From positions 1 through 64,000 of the forward strand of contig CAWJBB010000024.1 of NCBI GenBank assembly GCA_963840855.1: DNA of 64,000 bases, read 5' to 3'. Under the pieces are notes generated by a model. It had not been told where the DNA came from. It worked only from the letters and a program-made list of their open reading frames with translations, and made no database searches. The first letter of the stretch is position 1. Every line of letters begins with the position of its first letter. The stretch is from an uncultured delta proteobacterium (GTDB taxonomy: Bacteria; Desulfobacterota; Binatia; UBA9968). The translations under genes were made by a program, and so were the position numbers. This document shows positions 19,475 to 30,546 of the stretch, one piece after another.

Positions 19475-20518
19475 TCACGGGTTCAAGGCCAACAACCGTT
19501 TTTGCGCCTCGTCCATTTTTGTGTTCCACAAATTTTTCTCTTTATAGAACTGTATCGCGGCGGGATGATAGGGAATGGTCACATCGGCGGATACCGCGCG
19601 TTCGCGCGTCCAATCCTGAAACTGCGCGTGCAAGGGGGGCAGCTTGGCGATGTTGTCCCAAACCGCTTTGAGCGTAGCTTGAACGACGTCGCCGGGCAGC
19701 GCTTTGTGACCGACGAGGTAAATGTCGTAGGTGAGGACGCAAGTGTCGCCGACTACGCCAGTGGATGAGCCTGACTTGACTGTGGTGACATAATAGCCGG
19801 GCACCGCCTTTCTTACGCGGGCCTCGCCCTGAGCTGAACAGTCCAGCGATAGGTAACGGACGCCAACGGAAGTATCAGCTTCCTTTATTTTGGCGGCGCC
19901 GATCGCATGGTTGCTGACATCGGCCCGTCCCTGCACCAACGCGTCGACGCCGTCATTGACGGCGGGGACGGGCACGACTTTAACATCGTCCCAGGTCATT
20001 CCCGCGCCCGCCAAGGCGGTGTAGATATGGTACCAGATGGCGATGTTAGCCGGATATTCACCCGTCACGCGCTTTCCCTTAACATCGTAAACGGTCTTGA
20101 TCGGGGAGTCCTTCTTGACTACCAGGCTAACCGACAAAGGCGAGCCGCGCATGATCAGTCTTGTATTCGGCACATGAGGCAGCGGATTTTTGCCGCCGAT
20201 CTTCAACTTTGCCGGCCCCTGGTAGGCAAGGTTCATTTCGACGGCGTTGATGATGCCAAAATCGATCTCCCCATTATCGAGCAGGGGCAAAAAAGTGCTG
20301 GTGCCGGTGTAGGGCTGAATCACCGCCTGAAACGGCGCGGCGCCGCTTATGACACTGGCCAAGCCGCCGCCGACGGCATAGAAAACAGTCCCCGCCGGAT
20401 TGGTGCCGACCGTTACAGACTTGGTCGGCTGCTGGGCGTGGGTGGCGACCGAAAACAAATTTAGCGCAAAAAAAACCACCACCACAGGTACAGATAATTG
20501 CTTCCAGCGGCTGTCCAT
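19475..20518 (-). CDS. TAXI family TRAP solute-binding subunit (first gene of the operon)
   Basis: VGTNPAGTVFY, IPYHPAA; AAGGAGG RBS. Confidence 0.92.
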   Translation of the reverse strand: MDSRWKQLSVPVVVVFFALNLFSVATHAQQPTKSVTVGTNPAGTVFYAVGGGLASVISGAAPFQAVIQPYTGTSTFLPLLDNGEIDFGIINAVEMNLAYQGPAKLKIGGKNPLPHVPNTRLIMRGSPLSVSLVVKKDSPIKTVYDVKGKRVTGEYPANIAIWYHIYTALAGAGMTWDDVKVVPVPAVNDGVDALVQGRADVSNHAIGAAKIKEADTSVGVRYLSLDCSAQGEARVRKAVPGYYVTTVKSGSSTGVVGDTCVLTYDIYLVGHKALPGDVVQATLKAVWDNIAKLPPLHAQFQDWTRERAVSADVTIPYHPAAIQFYKEKNLWNTKMDEAQKRLLALNP

Positions 20519-20792
20519 TGGCGCGCCTCCTTGAACGTGGCGACGAATTTAATCCGATGGCTTTCGTTGTGTCAACGGCGACGTCGTAAATTGACGATTG
20601 TTCCGTGACCGGTTCACGCGATTGATCTTTTTCGACGGTCGGTGTGAACTTGATTCCAAGAGCTCTGGAATTCCCCTGCGCGAGTCGAGATACGTTAGAC
20701 GACTATCGCCCTTAATTCGGCGGCGAGAAATTCACCAAGGTGTGACGGTAGCAAAACTTTGTGTTGCGGAGGCGAGTCGCATGGACACCAGC

Positions 20793-21305
20793 TTACTCTA
20801 CCTTCTTATCTTCCTCCTTGGCTTCCTCCATGGCTTCCGGTTCCAACTCTTCCGCACTGCGGTTCAAGCGAATAAACACGCCCCAGGCGACCAGCAGCAC
20901 GCCGGCCACCAGGCCTACGGAGGCGGCATAGGGCAACTGTTCGGGAGCGTCATGGCTCACCCGGAAGACCAACACCAGCGATTCAATCGACAGCGACACC
21001 ACGAGCACGACCAGGAAGCGCGACAAGAACCGCCGCACCCGGGTGGGCGCGCTCATGTGGGCCTCCCGTTGCACTTCTTCTTCGAGAATGGTTTGGCCCA
21101 GCTCCAGGGCCGCGACGGCGACGGTGAGCAAGGCGATACTTTCCAACACAGCATTCAGCCGTTGATTGAGGGCGAGACCGCCCCCCAGTTGGAGCGCTTG
21201 CCAGAGTTGCACGGCGGCCAGGAAGATGAGGGCGAGTGCGCAGACGACGAACAGCAGGCTGATGATGAAGTGACCGAAAGGAAAGAGCTTGCGAAAGAGT
21301 TTCAT
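20793..21305 (-). CDS. Conserved hypothetical 4-TM membrane protein
   Basis: Four hydrophobic segments, acidic tail, GAGG RBS, high-GC codon usage. Confidence 0.75.
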   Translation of the reverse strand: MKLFRKLFPFGHFIISLLFVVCALALIFLAAVQLWQALQLGGGLALNQRLNAVLESIALLTVAVAALELGQTILEEEVQREAHMSAPTRVRRFLSRFLVVLVVSLSIESLVLVFRVSHDAPEQLPYAASVGLVAGVLLVAWGVFIRLNRSAEELEPEAMEEAKEEDKKVE

Positions 21306-21546
21306 CGCGGGTCTACCTCAGCACTAGGACGCCTGATGCGTTTCGGCAGTGCAGTAAACCTTTTTCAGTTTGAGAAAGCAAAATCTGCTGCAATATCCAT
21401 CATGAGTTTAGGCATTGTCAATCTCTCTCCCGCCAAACGCCAGCTCGGGGCAAGGTATCCATCCGATAATCAGCCCGCTGTGATAGCGGATCATTTTACT
21501 TATCGCTCAGTCTCCGATGCGCCGAAGGCTATGCATTTGAAATTCC

Positions 21547-22699
21547 CTACCGTCCCCAAAGCTCCTTGGTCGCCAGCCGCGCGCCTTCGGCCATCGCTTC
21601 GAACTTCGCCCAGCAGATCTGCGCGCTGCCGACTCGCGGGCCGAGGCCGCAGTCGGTGCCGGCCATGACATTTTCGCGCCCGACGATTTTCCCGTAGCGC
21701 ACCAGCCGGTCGGCGATGGCTTGCGGATGTTCGACGATATCCGTTGCATGGCCGACCACGCCGGGCACCAACACCTTGGCGGCGGGAAGTTTCACTTCCT
21801 CCCACACGCGCCACTCATGCTCGTGGCGCGGATTGGCCGCCTCAATGGAGATCGTGTTGGCCTTCACTTTTAAGAATCAGATCGATGATGTCGCGCAGCG
21901 GAATGTCGTACTTGTGCGGGCCGTGATAGCTGCCCCAGCAGGTGTGAAAACGGACGCGATCGGCGGGAATATCTCTCAGGCCGTGGTTCAGCGCGTCGAC
22001 GCGGAGCTCGGCGTATTTGCGGTACTCCGGCACGCTCATCCGCGACATGAACTGCCAGCCGTCGGGGAGGTCCGGATCGTCGATTTGCAATAAGAAACCG
22101 GCATCGACGATGGCTTTGTACTCTTCGCGCATGGCGTCGGCGATGGCCATCAAATAGGCCTCGTCGCTGGGGTAATAATCGTTCTTCATCCAGTGTTCGA
22201 TGGTGCCGGGAGCGATGGCGGGAAGAAAGGCTTCTTCATATTTCTGGCCCTGGAGCCCTACTTTGAAATCCTCAATCTCGGCTGTTAGCGAGGCCTGGCC
22301 GATGTACTTGAGCGGCGCGTTGCAGAACACCCGCCTGAGATTGTCGCCCCGGTGCGAAGTGCGCGCATTGAAATAGTCGGCGAACTCAACGACATCGCGT
22401 TCATAGATCGTCGAGGGGCGATCCTCCGCCCGCACGTCTCTTTCAATGAAACCGCTCAGGCGCTCGCGGGCGTAGCGCGAGAAGTTCGATTTGCCCACTT
22501 CGCCGTCGTTGATGATGTCGATGCCGCAGGCGATCTGTTTTCGCACCGCTTCCGATACGGCGTCGCGCACGCGCTTCTCGAAGGCTTCTCTCTCCACCGG
22601 CTTTCCAGCAGCCTGCGCGGCGTGCATTTCTTTCAAATCAGGCGGCTGCGGCAACGCGCCGGCATGGGTCGTCAAAATACGATCGGTGCTGTACTTCAT
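21547..22699 (-). CDS. Cobalamin-independent methionine synthase II family protein (frameshift near 21868)
   Basis: MKYSTDRILTTHAGALP, DGE, H-T-C-W, then EAANPRHEHEW...GTDCGLG in the next frame. Confidence 0.88.
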
Positions 22700-22782
22700 T
22701 CGATTATCCTTTCGTAAAAACTTTGGAACATTTGGAACGAATTGGAACCACATTAGCAACCGTTCCAACAGTGGCACGCTAA

Positions 22783-23775
22783 TTATTTGAGCGAGTCGGC
22801 AACTTTTTGCGCGAAGGTGAAATCGAAGACTCGCTCCGGCGGCGCCAGTTCCTTGGGTTTGACACGCTGAGCCGCCACCGCGATCATTTCGCGTTGAAGC
22901 TTTTCATCCACGGCGCCTGACTGCAGATAGTACTGTAGCGCCGCTTCGTAAACGCGCTCGGCGTGCCGCTCACGTTCCTTGCCCAGGTCGAGATAAGGTC
23001 CTTTGATGAACTCTGTGGCGTACTTCCTGTCGTTGCGAATTAAGCGTAACGCGCGCTGTGTTGCACGGATCGTTTTGGTGACCAGCTCGGGCCGCTCCGA
23101 AATCGTTGCCTTGGTGGTCGTCAGGCCGCCCTGCACGGCGCGGTAAACGTCCGCGCCCGCGGCCAGTTTTCGAAACCCCTCGTCTTGGGCGAGAAATGTC
23201 TGCGGGATCTGGAGCATAGTAGCGTCGATGGTCCCGGCCTTCAAAGCGATGTAGAGCACATCGCTGGTGCCGAGCGGAAGAAACGTGACTTGCTCCGGCG
23301 GAATTTTATTGGCAATGAAGATTTGGCGCGCGAGAATTTCGGCCAGAGCGCCGAACGCGGTGATGCCGATCTTTTTGCCGCGCATTTGTTGGACGTTCGT
23401 GATGCTCGGCAGGGCGATCAGATCGAAGGATGGTTTGTCGGTTAAAGCGAAGACGACCCTGACATCTACGCCACTGACCGCAGCCGCGACGGCGGTCCCT
23501 GTGGCCGTGCCGAGATCGATGCCGCCGGCCAACATGGCCGGAATCGTTTGAGCGGCTTTAATGAAAATGAGCTCGGGCTCCAGGCCCTCTTCGCGGAACA
23601 AACCTCGGTCGCGGGCGATGATAAAAGGCATATCCAGGATGCTGCGCGAAACGTAGCCGATGCGCACGGCGGCGAGCTTGGCGGATTTTTCAGCGGCCCA
23701 TAAGCCTCCGGTCCGGAATGCAAGCACTTGGAAAAGGATAAATGAGAGCAATGCCATTCGAGGCATGATCTTCAT
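22783..23775 (-). CDS. ABC transporter substrate-binding protein, NMT1/SsuA-like
   Basis: Signal peptide; GLFREEGL, RGKKIGI, ALKAGTIDA, VFDFTF. Confidence 0.88.
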   Translation of the reverse strand: MKIMPRMALLSFILFQVLAFRTGGLWAAEKSAKLAAVRIGYVSRSILDMPFIIARDRGLFREEGLEPELIFIKAAQTIPAMLAGGIDLGTATGTAVAAAVSGVDVRVVFALTDKPSFDLIALPSITNVQQMRGKKIGITAFGALAEILARQIFIANKIPPEQVTFLPLGTSDVLYIALKAGTIDATMLQIPQTFLAQDEGFRKLAAGADVYRAVQGGLTTTKATISERPELVTKTIRATQRALRLIRNDRKYATEFIKGPYLDLGKERERHAERVYEAALQYYLQSGAVDEKLQREMIAVAAQRVKPKELAPPERVFDFTFAQKVADSLK

Positions 23776-23863
23776 AGTTCGTACCCCGCAAAACTCCTTG
23801 GCCCGCTGCGCCGTTGTGGCTGGGAAACGCTAGACTCTGAGCTCTAGACGCGAGACCCTAGAT

Positions 23864-24532
23864 TTATTTATATGTGTCGTAGATGCCATCGAACTTGGCC
23901 AGCTTGAAGCGCACCATGTTCTTCGCCGCCACGCGCACCAGCTCTTTCTCTCTCTCGCTGTTGGCGTTTCTCGCGATGGTTTCAGCCGCCATCGCGGTAT
24001 GCTCTTTGTCGACTTTGCCGTGTACGATGAAAAACGTTCTGGCCCGGCTATCGAGGCCATAGTGTTTTTCGAGCGCCGTGTCGAATTCTTCGGAATAGCG
24101 GCACACCATGGTTTCGTTGACGAGCGCGCCGGCGCGGGTCTCGGCGGGCATGCCGACGAACATGCCGCGTATGATCGCCGCAGTGTGGGCCACACACTCG
24201 AAAATCATGATGCCGTTTTTGAAGTCCTCGTCATTCAACCCGATGGCTTCGCCGAAACGTTTCATCAACCCAGGGTGTGACTGCTCTTCGGTGAAGAGTT
24301 CGGCGAACTGCTCGTACATCGGTTGGTTGTTGGCATTTCTAACCATCAGGAAGGCGAGTCCTTTGTTGATCACATGGTTCGAAAGATAGTGCTGCACGGC
24401 AAATCCTTGGAGCCGCCGCTTCGAGAGCTCCCCGGCTCTGAGCTCAGTGAAGAAGCGGCTGTTCATGAGCTGCTCGACTCCCGGGTTCACAATCTCGCGC
24501 ATCAGATCTTCGATAAAAGCTTGGTTATCCAT
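23864..24532 (-). CDS. Heme-oxygenase-like diiron redox enzyme (CADD/PqqC/TenA fold)
   Basis: EEQSH and FFIVHGKVDKEH (HxxxDxxH) metal-ligand motifs; 222 aa, helical. Confidence 0.82.
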   Translation of the reverse strand: MDNQAFIEDLMREIVNPGVEQLMNSRFFTELRAGELSKRRLQGFAVQHYLSNHVINKGLAFLMVRNANNQPMYEQFAELFTEEQSHPGLMKRFGEAIGLNDEDFKNGIMIFECVAHTAAIIRGMFVGMPAETRAGALVNETMVCRYSEEFDTALEKHYGLDSRARTFFIVHGKVDKEHTAMAAETIARNANSEREKELVRVAAKNMVRFKLAKFDGIYDTYK

Positions 24533-24765
24533 AATTGGCTTCCTTGGCTGCTAACTGGCAGAGCAGAGGAACAGTGACAAAGCAGCGAGAAGGTGTCAAG
24601 GGGAATAGAGCAGCCAGAGCGGACTCAAAGTACTCGACGCGGGGCTCGCCGCGAAAGCACGCGAAGTAATTCTTCTCCGTGCTTCGGCATTGTCTCTTTG
24701 CTCGATTGGTTGCGGCTTTGCCACGCTAGGTTTTCTGTGGTTAAAAGGTCTCGAGGTGTCAGTCA

Positions 24766-25608
24766 ATGCCAACGGCGCATGTCGGCGATATCGAAATTTA
24801 TTATGAAGAACAAGGAAGCGGCGAGCCAGTATTGCTCGCGCCGGCTTCTTGGTGGCCGTCCGACACGTGGAATGTCGGCGTCGTGGCGTTTCTCTCGAAG
24901 CAGTTTAAAACTATCATCTTCGATTGCCGGGGAACCGGGCGGAGCAGCAAGCCTGAGAGCGGCTATACCGTGCCTCAATTCGCTCGAGATTGCATCGGGT
25001 TATTGGCCGAGCTTGGCATCTCGCGCTGCCATGCGGTGGGTTTCGCGCTGGGCGGACAAATCGTTCAGGCGATGGCCATCGAGCGGCCGGATCTAGTAGC
25101 AACTCTCACCATCGCCGCCTCGGGGTCGGGCGCCAGAACGCTGAGCGGCGGCCCGAGGATTGTGTCGCCTGATACGGACCGCGAAATTCGCGATATGGGG
25201 TTTGAGCGTTACATCCGCGCTTACATAGAAAACGACACCATGGCGTTTAACCCGAATTTTTATCGCGACCATTCCGACGTTGTCAGCGCTCTGGCCAACG
25301 CCGTGTGGTCGGGACAAAGTACGGCTGAAATGTTTCGCCGCCACGAGGATGCGCGTCTCACTTGGGACACGCTGGCGCAGGCGGCCGCGGTGAAAGTGCC
25401 GGCGCTGATTCTCTGCGGCGCCGACGACGATGTGAGCCGGCGCGGCAGCACGCCGGTGGATACCGCAAAGCGTTTGGCGCAATTGACGCCCGGCGCGGAA
25501 CTATTTTTGATTCCGAATGTGAAGCATATGACGTTTTGGGATGGGACCGGTGGGCTTACCGCGCTGGAAGATTTCTTGGTCCGCCACCCGATTGAAGCGC
25601 GTCGATGA
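24766..25608 (+). CDS. Alpha/beta-fold hydrolase homolog with Ala at the nucleophile position
   Basis: IYYEEQGSGEPV, FDCRGTGRS, elbow HAVGFALGG, PALILCGADD, KHMTFW. Confidence 0.88.
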   Translation: MPTAHVGDIEIYYEEQGSGEPVLLAPASWWPSDTWNVGVVAFLSKQFKTIIFDCRGTGRSSKPESGYTVPQFARDCIGLLAELGISRCHAVGFALGGQIVQAMAIERPDLVATLTIAASGSGARTLSGGPRIVSPDTDREIRDMGFERYIRAYIENDTMAFNPNFYRDHSDVVSALANAVWSGQSTAEMFRRHEDARLTWDTLAQAAAVKVPALILCGADDDVSRRGSTPVDTAKRLAQLTPGAELFLIPNVKHMTFWDGTGGLTALEDFLVRHPIEARR

Positions 25609-26656
25609 TTTTCATGTTTAATTGCGTGAGGAGAGTTGGAACCGTCGCGCGGCACAACGGCTGTTGGTTGAGCCGATGTGTCGCGTCCAGTGTAATTTGT
25701 GGTTGTCTCACTATGGCGTTGCCGACGGCCTCGGTCGAAGCCCAAAGCAAAAAAGTACGTGTGGCGCTGCCGGGCTATACCATCGCCGCGCTTTCCTTTC
25801 TTGCCGCCAAGATGAACAACTATTATGTCGCCGAGGGTTTAGACGTCGAGCTGATCGCGATGCGGGCGCCGACCGCTAATCTGGCAGTACTGAGCGGCAG
25901 CGTGGAGTTCTCCGGCGTTCCACTCGCCGGTCTCACTACAGCGCTGCGTGGCGGCGGGGTAAAATTATTGTTCTGCCAGTTCGACAAACCACAGCATGCC
26001 TTGTTCGCCAAACCGGAATTTCAAAACGTCAAAGCTCTGCGCGGTAAAAAACTCGCAGTCGCGGGTATCGGCACCATCGACGATATTTTGCTGCGTGAAG
26101 TGCTTGGCGCCAACGGGCTCGATCCCGCGCGTGACGTGACGATTCTCGCGATGGGGGCGGCAGATACCCGATTTAGCGCTCTGGTCAGCGGCGCCATCGA
26201 GGCCTCGGTGCTCATTGCCCCGACCTCTTTTTACGCCAAGGATCAGGGATTCAGGGAATTGGCTGCGTTTCAAGATTTAGGTTTTGTTTTGCCCAGCGGT
26301 GGCATCGTTGCCCGCGACGAAATTTTAAAAGCCGATCCTCTCACCGCGGAACGATTCGTCCGGGCCACGATTATGGGCTTTTTGTTCATGCGTGACAATC
26401 GTCCGGGAACGCTCAAGGTCATGTCGCGCATGCTGAGAATCGATGAACCGACCGCGGCCAAGCTTTACGATTCATCCCGGCCACCCTGACCGCCGACGGT
26501 ACCGTTACAGGGGACACCGAAAAAAGGATGACCGGATTCATACTCAAGATCGCCGGCGTGAAAGATGCTCCACCCGCCGACAAGCTCTATGATTTTTCGC
26601 TTGTGAGGAAAGCGCATCTCGCGCTACAAGCGAAAGGCTGGCAACCGGGCCCATAA
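25605..26656 (+). CDS. ABC transporter substrate-binding protein, NMT1/SsuA-like (frameshifts near the 3' end)
   Basis: AEGLDVELI, LRGKKLAV, GLDPARDV; continues in another frame to LYDFSLVRKA...WQPGP* (TAA 26654-26656). Confidence 0.82.
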
Positions 26657-26704
26657 TTGAATGAGGGTTACGGGAGTCGTGCAATCCAAGATGCGAGGTG
26701 TGAT

Positions 26705-27544
26705 ATGCCCACCGCAAAGATCAGCGACATCGACATTTACTATGAGGAGCAAGGCCGAGGCGAGCCGGTGTTGCTTGCGCCGCCGTCCTGGTGGCCGTGC
26801 GATACCTGGAAGGTTGGCGTCGTGCCGTTTCTTTCCAAACGTTACCGGACGATCATATTCGATTGCCGGGGCACGGGTTTCAGCGGCAAGCCGGATCACG
26901 GCTACACCATCGAACAATTCGCCAAGGATTGCGCGGGGCTGTTGGAGCATCTGAAAGTCGCGCGCTGTCACGCCGTGGGTTTCGCATTGGGTGGGCAGAT
27001 CGTGCAAGCGCTGGCGATTGAGCGTCCCGACCTGGTGGCCACGCTGACCATCGCGGCGACCGGGGCAGGCGTGAAAACGACGAGCGGCGCGCCGCGTCAA
27101 ACGATCAATACCGACGAAGACGAAATTCGCGCCCATGGGTTCGAGCGATTCATCCGCGGCCATGTCGAAAACACCCACATGGCGTTCAACGAACGGTTTT
27201 TTCATGCGCATCCTGAAGCGGTCCAGGCGTTATCCGACGCTTTATGGCAGCGGCAAACCAGTCCGGAACAACATCGATATCATTATGATGCCCGCCGCAC
27301 CTGGGACACCCTCGGCAACGCGCCGAAGGTGAAAGTGCCGACTCTGATACTCTGCGGCGCGGCCGATGACGTCAATCGCGGCGGCAGCACGCCGGCCGGA
27401 ACGGCGCGCAAGCTTGGCGAATTAGTGCCTGGGTGCGAGCTTGCGCTGGTGCCAAACGTCAAGCATATGACTTTCTGGGACGGCGACGGAGCGCTGATCG
27501 CATTGCAGGAGTATCTGGAGCGCCATCCTATTCATCAGAATTAA
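26705..27544 (+). CDS. Alpha/beta-fold hydrolase homolog with Ala at the nucleophile position (paralog of 24766)
   Basis: Same motifs, including HAVGFALGG and NVKHMTFWDG; GAGGTG RBS before ATG 26705. Confidence 0.88.
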   Translation: MPTAKISDIDIYYEEQGRGEPVLLAPPSWWPCDTWKVGVVPFLSKRYRTIIFDCRGTGFSGKPDHGYTIEQFAKDCAGLLEHLKVARCHAVGFALGGQIVQALAIERPDLVATLTIAATGAGVKTTSGAPRQTINTDEDEIRAHGFERFIRGHVENTHMAFNERFFHAHPEAVQALSDALWQRQTSPEQHRYHYDARRTWDTLGNAPKVKVPTLILCGAADDVNRGGSTPAGTARKLGELVPGCELALVPNVKHMTFWDGDGALIALQEYLERHPIHQN

Positions 27545-27596
27545 CCCCTGCCAACATTGAACGTTGAACTTTGCACGGACTGATTTGAGGAGATCG

Positions 27597-28659
27597 ATGT
27601 TGAGAGAAATGTGCGCAGGACGGAAGTTTTTGACCGGGCCGTTGATTGCAACTGCCTCTTGATCGTAATGATGTGCGGTGCGGCATACGCGCAAGAGAAA
27701 GGCAAACGGGCAACGACCTGTGGCCCAGCTCTACGCGACGCCAGGAAAGAAGGGGTCGTGGTCATTTGGGGCACGGATGCGTCATCTATCAGAGGGCGCA
27801 GGCGGTACTGACAAACAATACAGGGCATCAAGATCGAGCACTTAGAGAGTATTCCAGAACCTCTGGTGCAGAGAATCATCGCCGAAAGTCAGGCGGCAAG
27901 ACGGCGCCGTGGATATTATTCAGTCCGGATCGCTGCGCGCGTTGCGCCCTTTGATAGACCGCGACATGCTATCCGACTACCCGGGATGGGAAAAGGATTT
28001 TGGTCTTGACGCGGTGTATGACGGCCAACGTTTTGTCGGCGCCTATAATCTCACTTTGCCGATCGCTTACAACACCAAAATGGTGAGCGCGCAGGAGCGC
28101 GAAGAGCTGGGAGGATCTCGCCGATACAAAATGGAAGGGAAGAAAGCTGATTATCGAGGCTCGATTAGTTCCTTTCGCCATGCTCGGCACCGAGTGGGGC
28201 AAGGGAAAGGAGACTGAGTTAGTCAAGAAAGTACTTGCGCAGCAGCGGATAATCGCTCAGGGCGGCACCACGGTTGCCAAAGCTCTGGCCGGAGGACAAG
28301 TCCATATCGCCGTTGGCACCTACGCCTACAAGATTGAAGGGTTGAAAAAACAAGGGGCGCCGGTGGACTGGGTCGCCGCCTCCACTTTGCCGGTGCTAAA
28401 TACGGCGCTGGGAGTGATTAAAACCGCGCCGCATCCCAATGCCGCGCGTTTTTTTGCCGGTTGGTTGGGTGGGGCAGAGGGGCAAAAGATCAGGTATTCG
28501 ACTTCGGCCAGGCCATCGAGGTGGGCAAAAACGCGATTGGCGCCGTCGCCGAAAGAATCAAAACCACTCAGCCGACGATCATATTGGAACCGAAAAGACT
28601 TTGCGACAATTCTCGAGATTCAGCGCGAGCTGGGCAAGCTGCTCGGCGCTTTGCGCTAA
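27597..28659 (+). CDS. Extracellular solute-binding protein (Fe3+/thiamine ABC type), multiple frameshifts
   Basis: Fragments ARKEGVVVIW, IAYNTKMV, GAPVDWV, APHPNAARFF in different frames; GAGGAG RBS. Confidence 0.75.
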
Positions 28660-28811
28660 GGATCTTTGGCGATGACAGCGGGATTTTTCTGCGCGCTGTA
28701 AGGGGCGCAGCATGCTGCGCCCCTACTCCGCGCCCTTCGCCCAGCTCTTACGTCAATGAATGTAACACCATCCACTCTCGCCAAAAATGTTCATGTCCGA
28801 CCTGGTCGTCG

Positions 28812-30546
28812 ATGCGCAAGCTATCGGTTCGGACCTTTGCCTTTGGCTCGACTATCGCCGTGGTCAGCTATCTCGTCCTGGTACCGCTGTTCATGTTGCT
28901 CTATGCCAGCGTCAAGAGCACGGCAGATAAATTGCCGTTCGAGTCTACGGTCACGACGATCTCCAATTACACCGACGTTCTGACTAGACCCTCGACACTG
29001 CCGATTTTTTTCAACACGTTTTTCTTTACCGCCGGGTCGCTGGCCGTGGGGTTGCCGCTGGCGATCTTCATGGCGTGGCTTTTGGAACGCACCGCCATGC
29101 CGGCGCGCCGGTGGATTGCCGCTCTCATTCTCGTGCCGATGACGATTCCGTCGCTGCTATCGGCGATCGCTTGGATTCAATTGCTCGATCCGCGCATCGG
29201 TCTGGTCAACGTGGTGTTGCGAAGCGTCCTCGGTTTGTCGGGCGACACCGGGCCCTTTGATATTTATTCACTCTACGGCATGTGCTTCGTTCAAGGCTTA
29301 AGGCTGGTGCCGTCGGCTTTTCTGATGATCGCGGCCTCGTTTCGCGCCATGGACGAGTCCTTGGAAGAACAGAGCGCGATGGCGGGACGCGGCGTGGCTC
29401 AAACGACGCTGCGCATTACGCTGCCGATCATGCGTCCGGCGCTGCTCGCCGCGCTGATCTATTACATTATCGTCGTCATCGAATCCTTCGACATCCCCGG
29501 ACTGCTCGGCTTTACCGCGCGCATTCGCGTGTTGAGCACGGCGATTTACTGGGCGACCCACTCGGAAGTCGGCTTGCCCGACTACGGCTTGGCCTCGGCT
29601 TTGGGGGCGATGGTCTTGGCCGTGGCGCTGCTGCTCATGTGGATCTATCAGCGCTTGACGGCGCATCAGGAAAGATTCGCCACGATCACGGGCAAGGGAT
29701 ACCGGCCCCGGCAAATCAATCTCGGCGCCTGGACGGCCACGGCCACCGCGCTCTGCGTATTCTACTTGGCGATGGCGTGGTACTGCCGTTCCTGATGCTG
29801 ATCTGGACCAGCGTGCAGCCGTTCTACGCGATCCCATCGGCGGAATCCCTCGCGCGGGCGAGCTTCGAGGCGTACTTGAAGATTTGGCAAGACAGCAGTG
29901 TGATGCGGGCGCTGTGGAACACGACAATATTGGCGCTGGTCACCGCCGGGGCGACGATTTTTCTCGCCGTGCTGGTGAGCTGGTTCGTGGTCCGGCGCGG
30001 CAAAACGGCGGACGGGCTTTCGCATTATCTCGCCACAGTGTCATTCTTGCGCAGTGCGTGCCGAGCATCGTTATCGGTTTAGCCTTTATCTTCGTTTATG
30101 TCCGCTTTCCGATCCCGATTTACGGCACGCTGTGGATCATCGCGCTGGCGATGACGACCCGCTATCTTGCCTATAGCTCGCGCGCCATGACCTCCGCTCT
30201 CATGCAGGTGCACGGCGAATTGGAAGAAGCGTCGCAAATGGCCCGCGCACCATGGGCGCGAACGCTCCGCAGAGTCACGGTGCCGCTTTTGGCGCCGGCA
30301 ATGATCAACGTGTTTTTTTGGGTGGCGGTGCACGCGATGCAGGAGCTATCGATGGCGCTGATGCTGTACAATCCGGAGACCGTCGTCGTGTCGACGATGA
30401 TCTGGAGCATGTGGCAAAACGGCCGAACCGCGGATGCGGCGGTTTTGGGCGTAATCTTGATTCTGCTGTCCGCAATCTTGCTCCTCGGCGGCCAGGCAGT
30501 TTCGTATTTGCGGCGGAGCTCCGATTCTTGGAAGGCCCCCGAATGA
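28812..30546 (+). CDS. ABC transporter permease (FbpB-like, two domains), frameshifted
   Basis: MDESLEEQSAMAG, ITLPIMRPA, ATITGKGYRP, LMQVHGELEEASQ; split near 29775 and 30050. Confidence 0.88.

Noticed and set aside
20598-21668. 356-aa plus-strand ORF
   Set aside because: Antisense to a membrane protein gene with a good RBS; composition typical of GC-rich shadow frames.
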